A DNA stretch of 40,816 nt from the IMG/VR virus record IMGVR_UViG_2563366884_000001, positions 1 through 40,816 of that record; one strand, 5' to 3'. This stretch comes from a virus (taxonomy: Duplodnaviria > Heunggongvirae > Uroviricota > Caudoviricetes). The notes beneath the pieces were generated by a model. The model worked only from the letters and a program-made list of their open reading frames with translations, was not told the origin of the DNA and made no database searches. The position numbers were made by a program, and so were the translations under genes. Below, piece by piece: positions 17,379-27,229 of this stretch (position 1 is the stretch's first letter; the number at the start of each line of letters is the position of its first letter).

Positions 17379-17413
17379 GCCCTGAGTTAATAGCTCGGGG
17401 CTTTTTGCGTTTT
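17379..17413 (+). terminator. tR'-like rho-independent terminator about 60 nt downstream of PR'
   Basis: GCCCTGAG-N7-CTCGGGGC hairpin followed by TTTTTGCGTTTT. Confidence 0.55.
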
Positions 17414-17704
17414 AATCACGACCTTTCTGAAAGCACATCAAGCCAAATACCAGACAGACAAAAATAATCACCTTATCCGCTGTGGCTACGGTGCGGTGTG
17501 CTTTGCATAAAAGAAAACCAGCGCAATGGCTGGCTTCGTGAAAGCGGGTGGCAAGAGGTTGCGCTAACAACCTCCTGCCGTTTTGCCCGTGCATATCGGT
17601 CACGAACAAATCTGATTACTAAACACAGTAGCCTGGATTTGTTCTATCAGTAATCGACCTTATTCCTAATTAAATAGAGCAAATCCCCTTATTGGGGGTA
17701 AGAC

Positions 17705-18028
17705 ATGAAGATGCCAGAAAAACATGACCTGTTAGCCGCCATTCTCGCGGCAAAGGAACAAGGCATCGGGGCAATCCTTGCGTTTGCAATGGCGTACCTT
17801 CGCGGCAGATATAATGGCGGTGCGTTTACAAAAACAGTAATCGACGCAACGATGTGCGCCATCATCGCCTGGTTCATTCGTGACCTTCTCGACTTCGCCG
17901 GACTAAGTAGCAACCTCGCTTATATAACGAGCGTGTTCATCGGCTATATCGGTACTGACTCGATTGGTTCGCTTATCAAACGCTTCGCTGCTAAAAAAGC
18001 CGGAGTAGAAGATGGTGGAAATCAATAA
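17705..18028 (+). CDS. S: Holin S (lambda S107/S105 dual-start class I holin)
   Basis: [62 protein letters not shown]... matches lambda S. Confidence 0.9.
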   Translation: MKMPEKHDLLAAILAAKEQGIGAILAFAMAYLRGRYNGGAFTKTVIDATMCAIIAWFIRDLLDFAGLSSNLAYITSVFIGYIGTDSIGSLIKRFAAKKAGVEDGGNQ

Positions 18029-18488
18029 TCAACGTAAGGCGTTCCTCGATATGCTGGCGTGGTCAGAGGGAACAGATAACGGACGTCAGAAAACCAGAAA
18101 TCATGGTTATGACGTCATTGTTGGCGGAGAGCTATTCACTGATTACTCAGATCACCCTCGCAAACTTGTCACGCTAAACCCCAAACTCAAATCAACAGCA
18201 GCCGGACGTTACCAGCTTCTTTCCCGTTGGTGGGATGCCTATCGTAAGCAGCTTGGCCTGAAAGACTTCTCTCCCAAAAGCCAGGACGCTGTTGCGCTGC
18301 AGCAGATTAAGGAACGTGGCGCTTTACCGATGATTGATCGCGGTGATATCCGTCAGGCAATCGACCGTTGCAGCAATATCTGGGCTTCACTGCCGGGGGC
18401 TGGTTACGGTCAGTTCGAGCATAAGGTTGACAGCCTGATTGCAAAATTCAAAGAAGCTGGCGGAACGGTCAGAGAGATTGAGGTATGA
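18012..18488 (+). CDS. R: Endolysin R (lytic transglycosylase), 158 aa
   Basis: [49 protein letters not shown]... matches lambda R. Confidence 0.9.
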   Translation: MVEINNQRKAFLDMLAWSEGTDNGRQKTRNHGYDVIVGGELFTDYSDHPRKLVTLNPKLKSTAAGRYQLLSRWWDAYRKQLGLKDFSPKSQDAVALQQIKERGALPMIDRGDIRQAIDRCSNIWASLPGAGYGQFEHKVDSLIAKFKEAGGTVREIEV

Positions 18489-18952
18489 GCAGAGTCACCG
18501 CGATTATCTCTGCTCTGGTTATCTGTATCATCGTCTGCCTGTCATGGGCTGTTAATCATTACCGTGATAACGCCATTACCTACAAAGAGCAGCGCGATAA
18601 AAAAGTCAGTGAGCTGAAGCTGGCGAACGCCACCATTACTGACATGCAACAGCGCCAGCGCGATGCTGATGCACTCGATGCTAAATACACGAAGGAGTTA
18701 GCTGATGCGAAAGCTGAAAATGATGCTCTTCGGCGCAAGCTTGATAATGGTGGCAGGGTGCTCGTCAAAGGAAAATGCCCTGTGCCATCCTCAGCCAAAA
18801 CCTCCAGCGCCTCCGGCATGGGCAATGATGCCACCGTCGAACTCTCTCCAGTTGCTGGACGAAACGTTCTCGATATCCGGGACGGAATTATCCGCGACCA
18901 AACAGCACTGAGAACGCTTCAGGAATACATCAGGACGCAATGCCTTCGATGA
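18485..18952 (+). CDS. Rz: Rz inner-membrane spanin (i-spanin)
   Basis: N-terminal TM helix followed by coiled-coil periplasmic domain; resembles lambda Rz; follows R. Confidence 0.85.
   Translation: MSRVTAIISALVICIIVCLSWAVNHYRDNAITYKEQRDKKVSELKLANATITDMQQRQRDADALDAKYTKELADAKAENDALRRKLDNGGRVLVKGKCPVPSSAKTSSASGMGNDATVELSPVAGRNVLDIRDGIIRDQTALRTLQEYIRTQCLR
18705..18911 (+). CDS. Rz1: Rz1 outer-membrane lipoprotein spanin (o-spanin), embedded in the +1 frame of Rz
   Basis: Lipobox LIMVAGC and Pro-rich body ([11 protein letters not shown]) like lambda Rz1; lies entirely within Rz. Confidence 0.75.
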   Translation: MRKLKMMLFGASLIMVAGCSSKENALCHPQPKPPAPPAWAMMPPSNSLQLLDETFSISGTELSATKQH

Positions 18953-19298
18953 TAGCGATAATTTTACTCATCATCCTTCACATCTGGCTCTGTAGACAGG
19001 GTGGTGATCACTTCTGGAGTGAATCCAGATTAAACATCTCATTGCTGATGCTTGATATTGAGCATCTTGCGCGCGGTAAGGGGCTGCGTTGAGATAAGAG
19101 CCAGTCATTACAAATACCAGGATTTAGCCTCGCATTCGCGGGGCTTTTTTACATCTGCAGTAAACCGCGCATCGCAGCGCGTAACAATCCCGAGTCTTTC
19201 AGAAAGCTGAGCCTGAGAATTGCCGTATATGGTGGCGACCATCTCGGGGACGGCTTTTCTGTGCGAACAGGCTCATCTTTCTAAAAGGTAAAGACGCA

Positions 19299-19841
19299 AT
19301 GAACTACCCAACCGTTGTTAACGATATAGATTTCAGAGACCTAATTTTTGTAGCAAACAACGATCCGGTTACAGATTCTTTTATGGTGGCAAAAGCATTT
19401 GGAAAGCTGCCGAAGAACGTGGTTCGTGACATTGAACGAACCATAGAAGCTTGCCCTCCTGAGTTTGATACAAAGCTCAACTTTGAGCTTTGCTATAAAA
19501 ACAATGAGTTACAGAATGGTAAGCCGCAAAAATTCTACCGTCTCCGCAAGGATGGGTTGATGCTTTTGGTTATGTCCTACACCAAAAAAGAAGCAATGCG
19601 TATCAAAATTGCTTACATCAACGCATTCAACTGGATGTACGCCATGCTTCAGGTTGGTCATCGTCAATTTGAAGAAGAGAGAAATGCCGTAATGCTGGAG
19701 TACATGAAAGAGAAGGATGTTGCCAGCATGTCAGGTCGCCTGCTTAATCGCTGGGGAAAAATTAAGAAGCCTCAGCTAATGGCGAGAATTGAACGCCTTG
19801 AACAGCACGGGCAAACCGTAATCCCCGGACTCACTAATTAA
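19299..19841 (+). CDS. Rha-family phage regulatory protein (180 aa)
   Basis: N-terminal pattern …DSFMVAKAFGK…NVVRDIERTIE… and …YRLRKDGLMLLVMSYTKKEAMRIKIAYINAFNWM… fits the Rha (Phage_pRha) family. Confidence 0.6.
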   Translation: MNYPTVVNDIDFRDLIFVANNDPVTDSFMVAKAFGKLPKNVVRDIERTIEACPPEFDTKLNFELCYKNNELQNGKPQKFYRLRKDGLMLLVMSYTKKEAMRIKIAYINAFNWMYAMLQVGHRQFEEERNAVMLEYMKEKDVASMSGRLLNRWGKIKKPQLMARIERLEQHGQTVIPGLTN

Positions 19842-20056
19842 CAGCAGTACCACGAAACAACCCAAGCCAGTAAGTGGGGAAATAACACCGGCAGCCACTG
19901 AAAGATGAACCTCCTGCCTTATGGCAAAAAAGATTCTTTGTGGTGGCGGACTGATGGAAAGACATCGGTTATTGCAGAGACCATTCAATGAGTGGTCTCG
20001 ACAATGGCTTATACCCTACACGGGATAACTTAACTGATATCCCTTTTAACGGATAA

Positions 20057-20311
20057 ATGGAGCCAACAATGGCAGAGATTATTCCCATGACTGAAGAACA
20101 GAAATTCCAGCTAGAGATTTACAAACTGGTAATGAACCAGAACGCAGCCGCAGAAGAAGCATTTCAGTTCATTGGCACTGACGAGCTGAAGCTTGAGCTA
20201 TTCAAAATTCACTTCCAGTCAGGTGGCGCTAATTCAGATATCACGACCCGAACTATCGAAGCGGTGCGTAAATCGAAGGAAGCGTTAGATCTGTTCACTA
20301 CCGGAGCATAA
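20057..20311 (+). CDS. Hypothetical protein (84 aa; alternative start at 20069)
   Basis: ORF upstream of terS; GGAG lies 8 nt upstream of the second Met. Confidence 0.4.
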   Translation: MEPTMAEIIPMTEEQKFQLEIYKLVMNQNAAAEEAFQFIGTDELKLELFKIHFQSGGANSDITTRTIEAVRKSKEALDLFTTGA

Positions 20312-20390
20312 ACATGGCAACTCAAGGTTTCGACAACCCATCCAAATTCCGCGATGAATGGGATAAGCAAGCAGAAGGGAAATAATCAAT

Positions 20391-20816
20391 ATGGCGACTG
20401 AGAAAAAGAATGTCGGTCGCCCTTCGGATTACCTGCCGGAGGTGGCTGATGATATCTGTGCGCTGCTTGCCTCCGGGGAAAGTCTGGTTAAGGTTTGCAA
20501 GCGCCCCGGCATGCCAGCAAAGGCTACTGTATTTCGCTGGCTGTCAGAGCATGACGAATTTAGAGACAAGTACGCGAAGGCAACTGAGGCACGAGCTGAT
20601 TCTATTTTCGAAGAGATATTCGAAATTGCTGACACTGCGATTCCAGATGCTGCTGAGGTGGCAAAGGCAAGACTTCGCGTTGATACCCGCAAATGGGCGC
20701 TGGCCCGAATGAATCCCCGTAAGTATGGCGACAAGGTAACTAACGAGCTTGTCGGTAAGGACGGCGGCGCAATCCAGATTGAAACATCACCGATGAGCAC
20801 TCTATTCGGAAAATGA
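20391..20816 (+). CDS. Terminase small subunit (141 aa)
   Basis: Immediately upstream of and overlapping terL; N-terminal HTH-like region; typical size. Confidence 0.65.
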   Translation: MATEKKNVGRPSDYLPEVADDICALLASGESLVKVCKRPGMPAKATVFRWLSEHDEFRDKYAKATEARADSIFEEIFEIADTAIPDAAEVAKARLRVDTRKWALARMNPRKYGDKVTNELVGKDGGAIQIETSPMSTLFGK

Positions 20817-22225
20817 CCTCGATTAATCCTATCTTTGAACCGTTCATTGAGGCGCATCGCTACAAAGTCGCCAAAGGCGGTCGAGGTAGCGGTAAGTCAT
20901 GGGCAATTGCTAGGCTGCTTGTTGAAGCGGCGCGTCGGCAGCCTGTGCGCATACTTTGCGCTCGTGAGCTGCAAAACAGTATCAGCGATTCGGTAATTCG
21001 GTTGCTTGAAGACACCATAGAGCGGGAAGGGTATTCGGCTGAGTTTGAAATTCAGCGTTCAATGATTCGTCATCTAGGAACGAATGCTGAATTCATGTTC
21101 TACGGCATCAAAAACAACCCGACGAAGATTAAATCGCTCGAAGGTATTGATATCTGCTGGGTGGAAGAAGCGGAAGCGGTAACGAAGGAATCATGGGATA
21201 TCCTGATACCAACCATCCGCAAGCCGTTTTCCGAAATATGGGTGAGCTTTAACCCGAAGAACATACTCGACGATACCTATCAGCGATTCGTCGTAAATCC
21301 TCCCGATGATATTTGTCTGCTGACGGTGAACTACACCGACAACCCGCACTTTCCTGAAGTTCTCCGTCTGGAGATGGAAGAGTGCAAACGCAGAAATCCG
21401 ACACTGTATCGTCATATCTGGCTTGGTGAGCCAGTAAGCGCAAGTGATATGGCAATCATCAAACGTGAATGGCTTGAAGCCGCAACCGATGTGCACAAGA
21501 AACTCGGATGGAAAGCGAAAGGCGCTGTTGTTTCTGCACATGACCCGTCAGATACAGGGCCAGATGCTAAAGGTTACGCATCGCGTCACGGTTCGGTGGT
21601 TAAGCGCATTGCCGAAGGTCTGCTGATGGACATCAACGAGGGTGCTGACTGGGCTACTTCGCTGGCGATTGAAGACGGTGCTGACCATTACCTGTGGGAT
21701 GGTGATGGTGTTGGTGCCGGGCTACGCAGACAGACAACGGAAGCATTCTCCGGTAAGAAAATCACCGCCACGATGTTTAAGGGCAGCGAATCGCCATTCG
21801 ATGAAGATGCGCCTTATCAGGCCGGAGCATGGGCTGATGAAGTCGTACATGGCGACAACGTTCGCACTATTGGCGATGTATTCCGCAATAAGCGAGCGCA
21901 ATTCTATTACGCGCTGGCTGACAGGCTGTATCTGACATATCGGGCGGTTGTTCACGGTGAGTATGCAGACCCAGACGACATGCTGAGTTTCGACAAAGAA
22001 GCGATAGGCGAGAAGATGCTGGAGAAGCTGTTTGCAGAACTTACGCAGATTCAGCGCAAATTCAATAACAACGGGAAGCTGGAGCTTATGACTAAGGTCG
22101 AAATGAAGCAGAAGCTCGGTATTCCATCTCCTAACCTGGCTGATGCGCTGATGATGTGTATGCATTGCCCGGCATTGGTCCGCGAAGAAACAGAAATATA
22201 CGTTCCCTCATCCTCCGGTTGGTAA
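20813..22225 (+). CDS. Terminase large subunit (headful-type, 470 aa)
   Basis: Walker A KGGRGSGKS near the N-terminus, ATPase plus C-terminal nuclease domain organisation. Confidence 0.85.
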   Translation: MTSINPIFEPFIEAHRYKVAKGGRGSGKSWAIARLLVEAARRQPVRILCARELQNSISDSVIRLLEDTIEREGYSAEFEIQRSMIRHLGTNAEFMFYGIKNNPTKIKSLEGIDICWVEEAEAVTKESWDILIPTIRKPFSEIWVSFNPKNILDDTYQRFVVNPPDDICLLTVNYTDNPHFPEVLRLEMEECKRRNPTLYRHIWLGEPVSASDMAIIKREWLEAATDVHKKLGWKAKGAVVSAHDPSDTGPDAKGYASRHGSVVKRIAEGLLMDINEGADWATSLAIEDGADHYLWDGDGVGAGLRRQTTEAFSGKKITATMFKGSESPFDEDAPYQAGAWADEVVHGDNVRTIGDVFRNKRAQFYYALADRLYLTYRAVVHGEYADPDDMLSFDKEAIGEKMLEKLFAELTQIQRKFNNNGKLELMTKVEMKQKLGIPSPNLADALMMCMHCPALVREETEIYVPSSSGW

Positions 22226-22227
22226 AC

Positions 22228-24354
22228 ATGGCAGAGACATTAGAGAAAAAACATGAGCGGATCATGCTCAGGTTTGACCGCGCCTATTCTCCACAGCAGG
22301 AAGTGCGCGAAAAGTGCATTGAAGCTACGAGGTTTGCTCGTGTCCCCGGAGGTCAATGGGAAGGAGCAACGGCGGCTGGAACTAAGCTTGATGAGCAGTT
22401 CGAGAAGTATCCTAAGTTTGAAATCAATAAGGTAGCAACTGAACTTAACCGCATCATTGCAGAATACCGCAATAACAGAATCACCGTTAAGTTTCGTCCT
22501 GGTGACAGAGAGGCAAGCGAAGAGTTAGCCAATAAATTAAATGGTCTGTTCCGTGCTGACTACGAAGAAACTGATGGCGGTGAGGCTTGCGATAATGCAT
22601 TTGACGACGCTGCTACTGGTGGTTTCGGTTGCTTCCGTTTGACGTCGATGCTGGTCAATGAATACGACCCCATGGACGATCGTCAGCGTATTGCTATTGA
22701 ACCAATATACGACCCGTCGCGCTCTGTGTGGTTTGACCCTGACGCTAAGAAGTACGACAAATCTGACGCGTTGTGGGCGTTCTGCATGTATTCGTTGTCA
22801 CCTGAAAAATATGAGGCTGAATACGGAAAGAAACCTCCTGCTTCTCTGGATGTAACGTCTATGACCAGTTGGGAATATGACTGGTTTGATGCAGATGTTA
22901 TTTACATAGCGAAGTATTACGAAGTTCGTAAAGAGTCTGTTGACGTTATCAGTTATCGACATTCAATCACTGGAGAGATTGCAACATACGACAGTGATCA
23001 GGTCGAAGATATTGAAGATGAACTGGCAATAGCTGGATTTCAGAAAGTTGCAAGGCGCTCAGTGAAGCGGCGTCGTGTGTATGTATCAGTAGTGGATGGT
23101 GATGGTTTCCTTGAGAAACCTCGACGTATTCCTGGTGAGCATATCCCCCTCATCCCGGTTTATGGAAAACGCTGGTTCATTGATGACATTGAGCGTGTCG
23201 AAGGACATATTGCAAAAGCAATGGATCCACAGCGTTTGTACAACCTTCAGGTATCAATGCTGGCTGATACTGCAGCGCAAGACCCCGGTCAGATCCCTAT
23301 AGTTGGCATGGAGCAAATACGTGGACTTGAGAAGCACTGGGAGGCTCGCAACAAGAAACGACCAGCGTTCTTGCCGTTGCGCGAAGTGAGAGATAAATCT
23401 GGCAACATCATCGCTGGAGCTACCCCGGCAGGATATACACAGCCTGCGGTTATGAATCAGGCATTGGCTGCATTACTACAGCAAACCAGTGCTGATATTC
23501 AGGAGGTTACAGGCGGCAGTCAGGCCATGCAGCAGATGCCAAGTAATATTGCTCAGGAAACGGTTAACAACTTGATGAACAGAGCAGATATGGCTTCGTT
23601 TATCTATCTGGACAATATGGCGAAAAGTCTTAAACGCGCTGGTGAAGTATGGCTGTCAATGGCGCGTGAAGTGTACGGTTCAGAACGTGAAGTGCGCATC
23701 GTTAACGAAGATGGAAGTGATGATATCGCTGTCCTGAGCGCACAGGTTGTTGACAGGCAAACAGGGGCTGTTGTTGCGTTAAATGACCTTTCTGTCGGTC
23801 GATACGATGTGACGGTTGATGTTGGACCAAGCTACACAGCACGACGTGATGCAACGGTTTCTGTACTGACAAATGTCCTTAGCTCTATGCTTCCAACAGA
23901 CCCAATGCGCCCGGCAATTCAGGGTATTATTCTGGACAATATCGATGGCGAAGGCCTTGATGACTTCAAAGAGTACAACCGAAACCAACTGCTGATATCT
24001 GGTATTGCAAAACCACGCAATGAGAAAGATCAGCAGATTGTTCAACAGGCGCAAATGGCAGCACAAAGCCAGCCAAATCCTGAAATGGTTCTCGCTCAGG
24101 CGCAAATGGTAGCAGCGCAGGCAGAAGCGCAAAAAGCAACTAACGAAACTGCTCAAACTCAAATCAAAGCATTTACTGCCCAGCAGGATGCGATGGAGAG
24201 TCAGGCAAACACTGTCTATAAACTGGCCCAAGCCAGAAACATCGATGACAAAGCAGTGATGGAGGCAATACGCCTTCTGAAAGATGTCGCCGAGTCACAA
24301 CAACAGCAATTCCAGTCACCACCACAGTCTCCGGCAGACTTAATGCCGAGTTAA
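22228..24354 (+). CDS. Portal protein, P22/Sf6-like (708 aa)
   Basis: Segment VKRRRVYVSVV...GEHIPLIPVYG resembles P22 gp1 IKRRRVYKSII...GEHIPIVPVFG; directly follows terL; start set at ATG 22228 after the terL stop. Confidence 0.8.
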   Translation: MAETLEKKHERIMLRFDRAYSPQQEVREKCIEATRFARVPGGQWEGATAAGTKLDEQFEKYPKFEINKVATELNRIIAEYRNNRITVKFRPGDREASEELANKLNGLFRADYEETDGGEACDNAFDDAATGGFGCFRLTSMLVNEYDPMDDRQRIAIEPIYDPSRSVWFDPDAKKYDKSDALWAFCMYSLSPEKYEAEYGKKPPASLDVTSMTSWEYDWFDADVIYIAKYYEVRKESVDVISYRHSITGEIATYDSDQVEDIEDELAIAGFQKVARRSVKRRRVYVSVVDGDGFLEKPRRIPGEHIPLIPVYGKRWFIDDIERVEGHIAKAMDPQRLYNLQVSMLADTAAQDPGQIPIVGMEQIRGLEKHWEARNKKRPAFLPLREVRDKSGNIIAGATPAGYTQPAVMNQALAALLQQTSADIQEVTGGSQAMQQMPSNIAQETVNNLMNRADMASFIYLDNMAKSLKRAGEVWLSMAREVYGSEREVRIVNEDGSDDIAVLSAQVVDRQTGAVVALNDLSVGRYDVTVDVGPSYTARRDATVSVLTNVLSSMLPTDPMRPAIQGIILDNIDGEGLDDFKEYNRNQLLISGIAKPRNEKDQQIVQQAQMAAQSQPNPEMVLAQAQMVAAQAEAQKATNETAQTQIKAFTAQQDAMESQANTVYKLAQARNIDDKAVMEAIRLLKDVAESQQQQFQSPPQSPADLMPS

Positions 24355-24367
24355 CCAGGAGTAATCA

Positions 24368-25252
24368 ATGGAAAACGAACTGATCATCGACGGTCAGGTT
24401 ATTGGCCTGTCTGAAACACAGGAAAATGCAGAAGAAACCATCATCCAAACAGAGTCACAGCCTGAGAATGAAAGCCAGGATGACAACGGTAAAGAGGTGG
24501 CAACTGAGCCTGAAAAAACCGAAGAGACACCAGAAGATTACGCCTTGCGTATTGGTGATGAAGAAATTCAGCTTAACGCTGACGATGATGATCACATTGA
24601 CGGGCAACCTGCACCGCAATGGGTGAAAGATCTTCGCAAAGGCTTCAAAGAAACACAGAAAGAAAACCGTGAGTTGCGCCGCCAGCTTGAGGAAGCATTA
24701 GCCAAGCCTGCGGAACATCAGCAACCACAACCAGACGCTATTCCACCAAAACCGACTCTTGAGTCGTGTGATTATGACGAACAGGCGTTTGAACAGGCAT
24801 TGACTGATTGGCATGAGAAAAAAGGCCGTGTCGAACAGCAGCAGCAACAAAAACTACGTCAGCAACAGGAATACCAACAGCGTTTCCAGCAAAGGGTAGA
24901 AGCGCATAAACAACGGGCAGCAAAACTTCCTGTGAAAGATTATCAGGAAATGGAGGCCATTGTTCTTAGTGAGCTACCACCAATTCAGCAGGAAATCATC
25001 ATTCACTGTGCAGACGAAGGCTCTGAACTACTCGCCTATGGCTTAGGTAAGAGCCAGCAATTACGCCAGCGTGTAGCCGCTGAGACAGATCCAATTCGCG
25101 CAGCATTCCTCTTGGGGCAGATTAGCAAACAGGTAAGCCTTGCTCCAAAACCAAAGAAAGCCATCAAGCCAGAGCCGGAAGTACGTGGTGGCGGTGCTGA
25201 TGCGAAACAAGACGAATTCAACAAATTATGCCCCGGCGCAAAAATCGAATAA
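24368..25252 (+). CDS. Scaffolding protein (294 aa)
   Basis: Acidic, Gln/Glu-rich coiled-coil protein between portal and coat genes. Confidence 0.65.
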   Translation: MENELIIDGQVIGLSETQENAEETIIQTESQPENESQDDNGKEVATEPEKTEETPEDYALRIGDEEIQLNADDDDHIDGQPAPQWVKDLRKGFKETQKENRELRRQLEEALAKPAEHQQPQPDAIPPKPTLESCDYDEQAFEQALTDWHEKKGRVEQQQQQKLRQQQEYQQRFQQRVEAHKQRAAKLPVKDYQEMEAIVLSELPPIQQEIIIHCADEGSELLAYGLGKSQQLRQRVAAETDPIRAAFLLGQISKQVSLAPKPKKAIKPEPEVRGGGADAKQDEFNKLCPGAKIE

Positions 25253-25263
25253 GGAAAAGATAA

Positions 25264-26535
25264 ATGCCTAACAATCTCGACAGTAACGTCAGTCAAATCG
25301 TTCTGAAAAAATTCCTTCCGGGTTTTATGTCAGATTTAGTTCTGGCGAAAACCGTAGACCGTCAGTTGCTGGCAGGTGAAATCAACTCCAGCACTGGCGA
25401 TAGCGTTAGCTTTAAACGTCCGCATCAATTCTCATCCCTCCGTACTCCCACTGGTGATATTTCAGGGCAAAATAAAAACAACCTGATCTCAGGTAAAGCT
25501 ACGGGGCGTGTAGGTAACTACATCACTGTTGCTGTTGAATATCAGCAACTGGAGGAAGCGATCAAGCTTAACCAACTGGAAGAAATTCTCGCGCCGGTTC
25601 GCCAGCGAATCGTTACCGACCTTGAAACAGAGCTTGCTCACTTCATGATGAATAACGGTGCGTTGTCACTTGGTAGCCCCAATACTCCAATCACCAAATG
25701 GTCTGATGTTGCGCAGACGGCATCTTTCCTGAAAGACCTCGGCGTTAATGAAGGTGAAAACTATGCTGTAATGGATCCATGGTCTGCACAGCGACTTGCT
25801 GATGCGCAGACTGGTTTGCACGCTTCAGATCAATTGGTTCGTACTGCATGGGAGAATGCGCAGATTCCAACCAATTTTGGCGGCATTCGCGCACTGATGT
25901 CTAATGGGCTTGCCTCTCGTACGCAGGGGGCATTTGGCGGAACACTGACAGTCAAAACACAGCCAACTGTTACCTATAACGCAGTTAAAGACTCATACCA
26001 GTTCACTGTAACATTGACCGGAGCGACAGCCAGCGTTACAGGTTTTCTGAAAGCTGGTGATCAGGTTAAATTCACCAATACCTACTGGCTGCAACAGCAG
26101 ACCAAACAGGCGTTGTATAACGGAGCCACACCAATTAGCTTCACTGCAACGGTTACTGCTGATGCTAATTCAGACAGCAGTGGCGATGTGACGGTTACGC
26201 TTTCTGGTGTTCCGATTTATGACACTACAAACCCGCAGTACAACTCTGTAAGTCGTCAGGTAGCGGCAGGCGATGCCGTATCTGTGGTAGGCACTGCTAG
26301 CCAGACAATGAAGCCAAACCTGTTCTATAACAAGTTCTTCTGTGGACTTGGCTCTATCCCACTACCGAAACTGCACAGTATTGATTCTGCTGTTGCAACA
26401 TATGAAGGTTTCTCCATCCGCGTACATAAATACGCAGATGGCGATGCCAACGTGCAAAAAATGCGCTTCGACTTACTGCCTGCATATGTGTGCTTTAACC
26501 CTCACATGGGCGGTCAGTTCTTCGGTAATCCGTAA
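25264..26535 (+). CDS. Major capsid (coat) protein, P22/Sf6-like (423 aa)
   Basis: Position after scaffold; same size as Sf6 coat as I recall; followed by a strong terminator. Confidence 0.75.
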   Translation: MPNNLDSNVSQIVLKKFLPGFMSDLVLAKTVDRQLLAGEINSSTGDSVSFKRPHQFSSLRTPTGDISGQNKNNLISGKATGRVGNYITVAVEYQQLEEAIKLNQLEEILAPVRQRIVTDLETELAHFMMNNGALSLGSPNTPITKWSDVAQTASFLKDLGVNEGENYAVMDPWSAQRLADAQTGLHASDQLVRTAWENAQIPTNFGGIRALMSNGLASRTQGAFGGTLTVKTQPTVTYNAVKDSYQFTVTLTGATASVTGFLKAGDQVKFTNTYWLQQQTKQALYNGATPISFTATVTADANSDSSGDVTVTLSGVPIYDTTNPQYNSVSRQVAAGDAVSVVGTASQTMKPNLFYNKFFCGLGSIPLPKLHSIDSAVATYEGFSIRVHKYADGDANVQKMRFDLLPAYVCFNPHMGGQFFGNP

Positions 26536-26540
26536 TAACA

Positions 26541-26562
26541 AGGGGGCTTACGCCCCTTTTAT
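26541..26562 (+). terminator. Rho-independent terminator after the coat gene
   Basis: GGGGGC-TTA-CGCCCC hairpin followed by TTTT. Confidence 0.55.
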
Positions 26563-26578
26563 GTTTTAAGGAAACAAT

Positions 26579-26764
26579 ATGGATCGCATGAGTGTATTCC
26601 TTGCCGCAGATAACGAATCAGGACATGTACAGGCCGTTATCGCAGAAAAAGACTTCCAGTTTTTCGAAAAGTTGGGCTTTGTTGCCTCAGTTGATGAATT
26701 GAAACCGACCAGTAAGCGAGGTCGTAAGGCGGCAGACAATGGCAACAGTACTGACAAAGGGTGA
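26579..26764 (+). CDS. Hypothetical small protein (61 aa)
   Basis: ORF between coat and the gp4-like gene. Confidence 0.35.
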   Translation: MDRMSVFLAADNESGHVQAVIAEKDFQFFEKLGFVASVDELKPTSKRGRKAADNGNSTDKG

Positions 26765-27221
26765 GATCGTCCTTTTTGCGCTTCGTAAGTTTGCTATTGC
26801 TTCTAATGCATCGCTGACTGATGTTGAGCCGCAATCAATTGAAGATGGTGTAAATGATCTGGAAGATATGATGTCCGAGTGGATGATTAACCCCGGCGAC
26901 ATTGGTTACGCTTTCGCAACTGGAGATGAGCAGCCATTACCTGATGATGAGTCAGGTCTTCCAAGAAAATACAAACACGCAGTAGGCTATCAGTTATTGC
27001 TGAGAATGCTATCTGATTACAGCCTTGAGCCAACTTCGCAAGTTCTCAGTAACGCCCAACGCTCATATGATGCCTTGATGACCGACACTCTGGTTGTTCC
27101 TTCAATGCGACGACGTGGAGATTTTCCTGTAGGACAGGGTAATAAATATGACGTGTTTACATCTGACCGATATTATCCAGGCGATCTCCCTCTGATTGAT
27201 GGCGATATCCCAAACGCATAG
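26739..27221 (+). CDS. Head-to-tail adaptor / tail accessory factor (P22 gp4 analogue)
   Basis: Size and position equivalent to P22 gene 4. Confidence 0.55.
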   Translation: MATVLTKGEIVLFALRKFAIASNASLTDVEPQSIEDGVNDLEDMMSEWMINPGDIGYAFATGDEQPLPDDESGLPRKYKHAVGYQLLLRMLSDYSLEPTSQVLSNAQRSYDALMTDTLVVPSMRRRGDFPVGQGNKYDVFTSDRYYPGDLPLIDGDIPNA

Positions 27222-27229
27222 GTGAATAA

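Noticed and set aside
17412-17609. 65-aa minus-strand ORF between tR' and S
   Set aside because: It lies in the lambda-like late leader, which is non-coding in lambda, and has no SD; likely spurious.
18949-19092. 47-aa hydrophobic ORF overlapping the Rz stop
   Set aside because: No SD and no recognisable family; this region is intergenic in lambda (where bor lies on the other strand), so coding status is unsupported.
21191-22165. Antisense ORFs within terL (21191..21541, 21249..21455, 21722..22165) and similar ones within portal, coat and tailspike
   Set aside because: They are embedded antisense to strongly supported structural genes and have no independent evidence.
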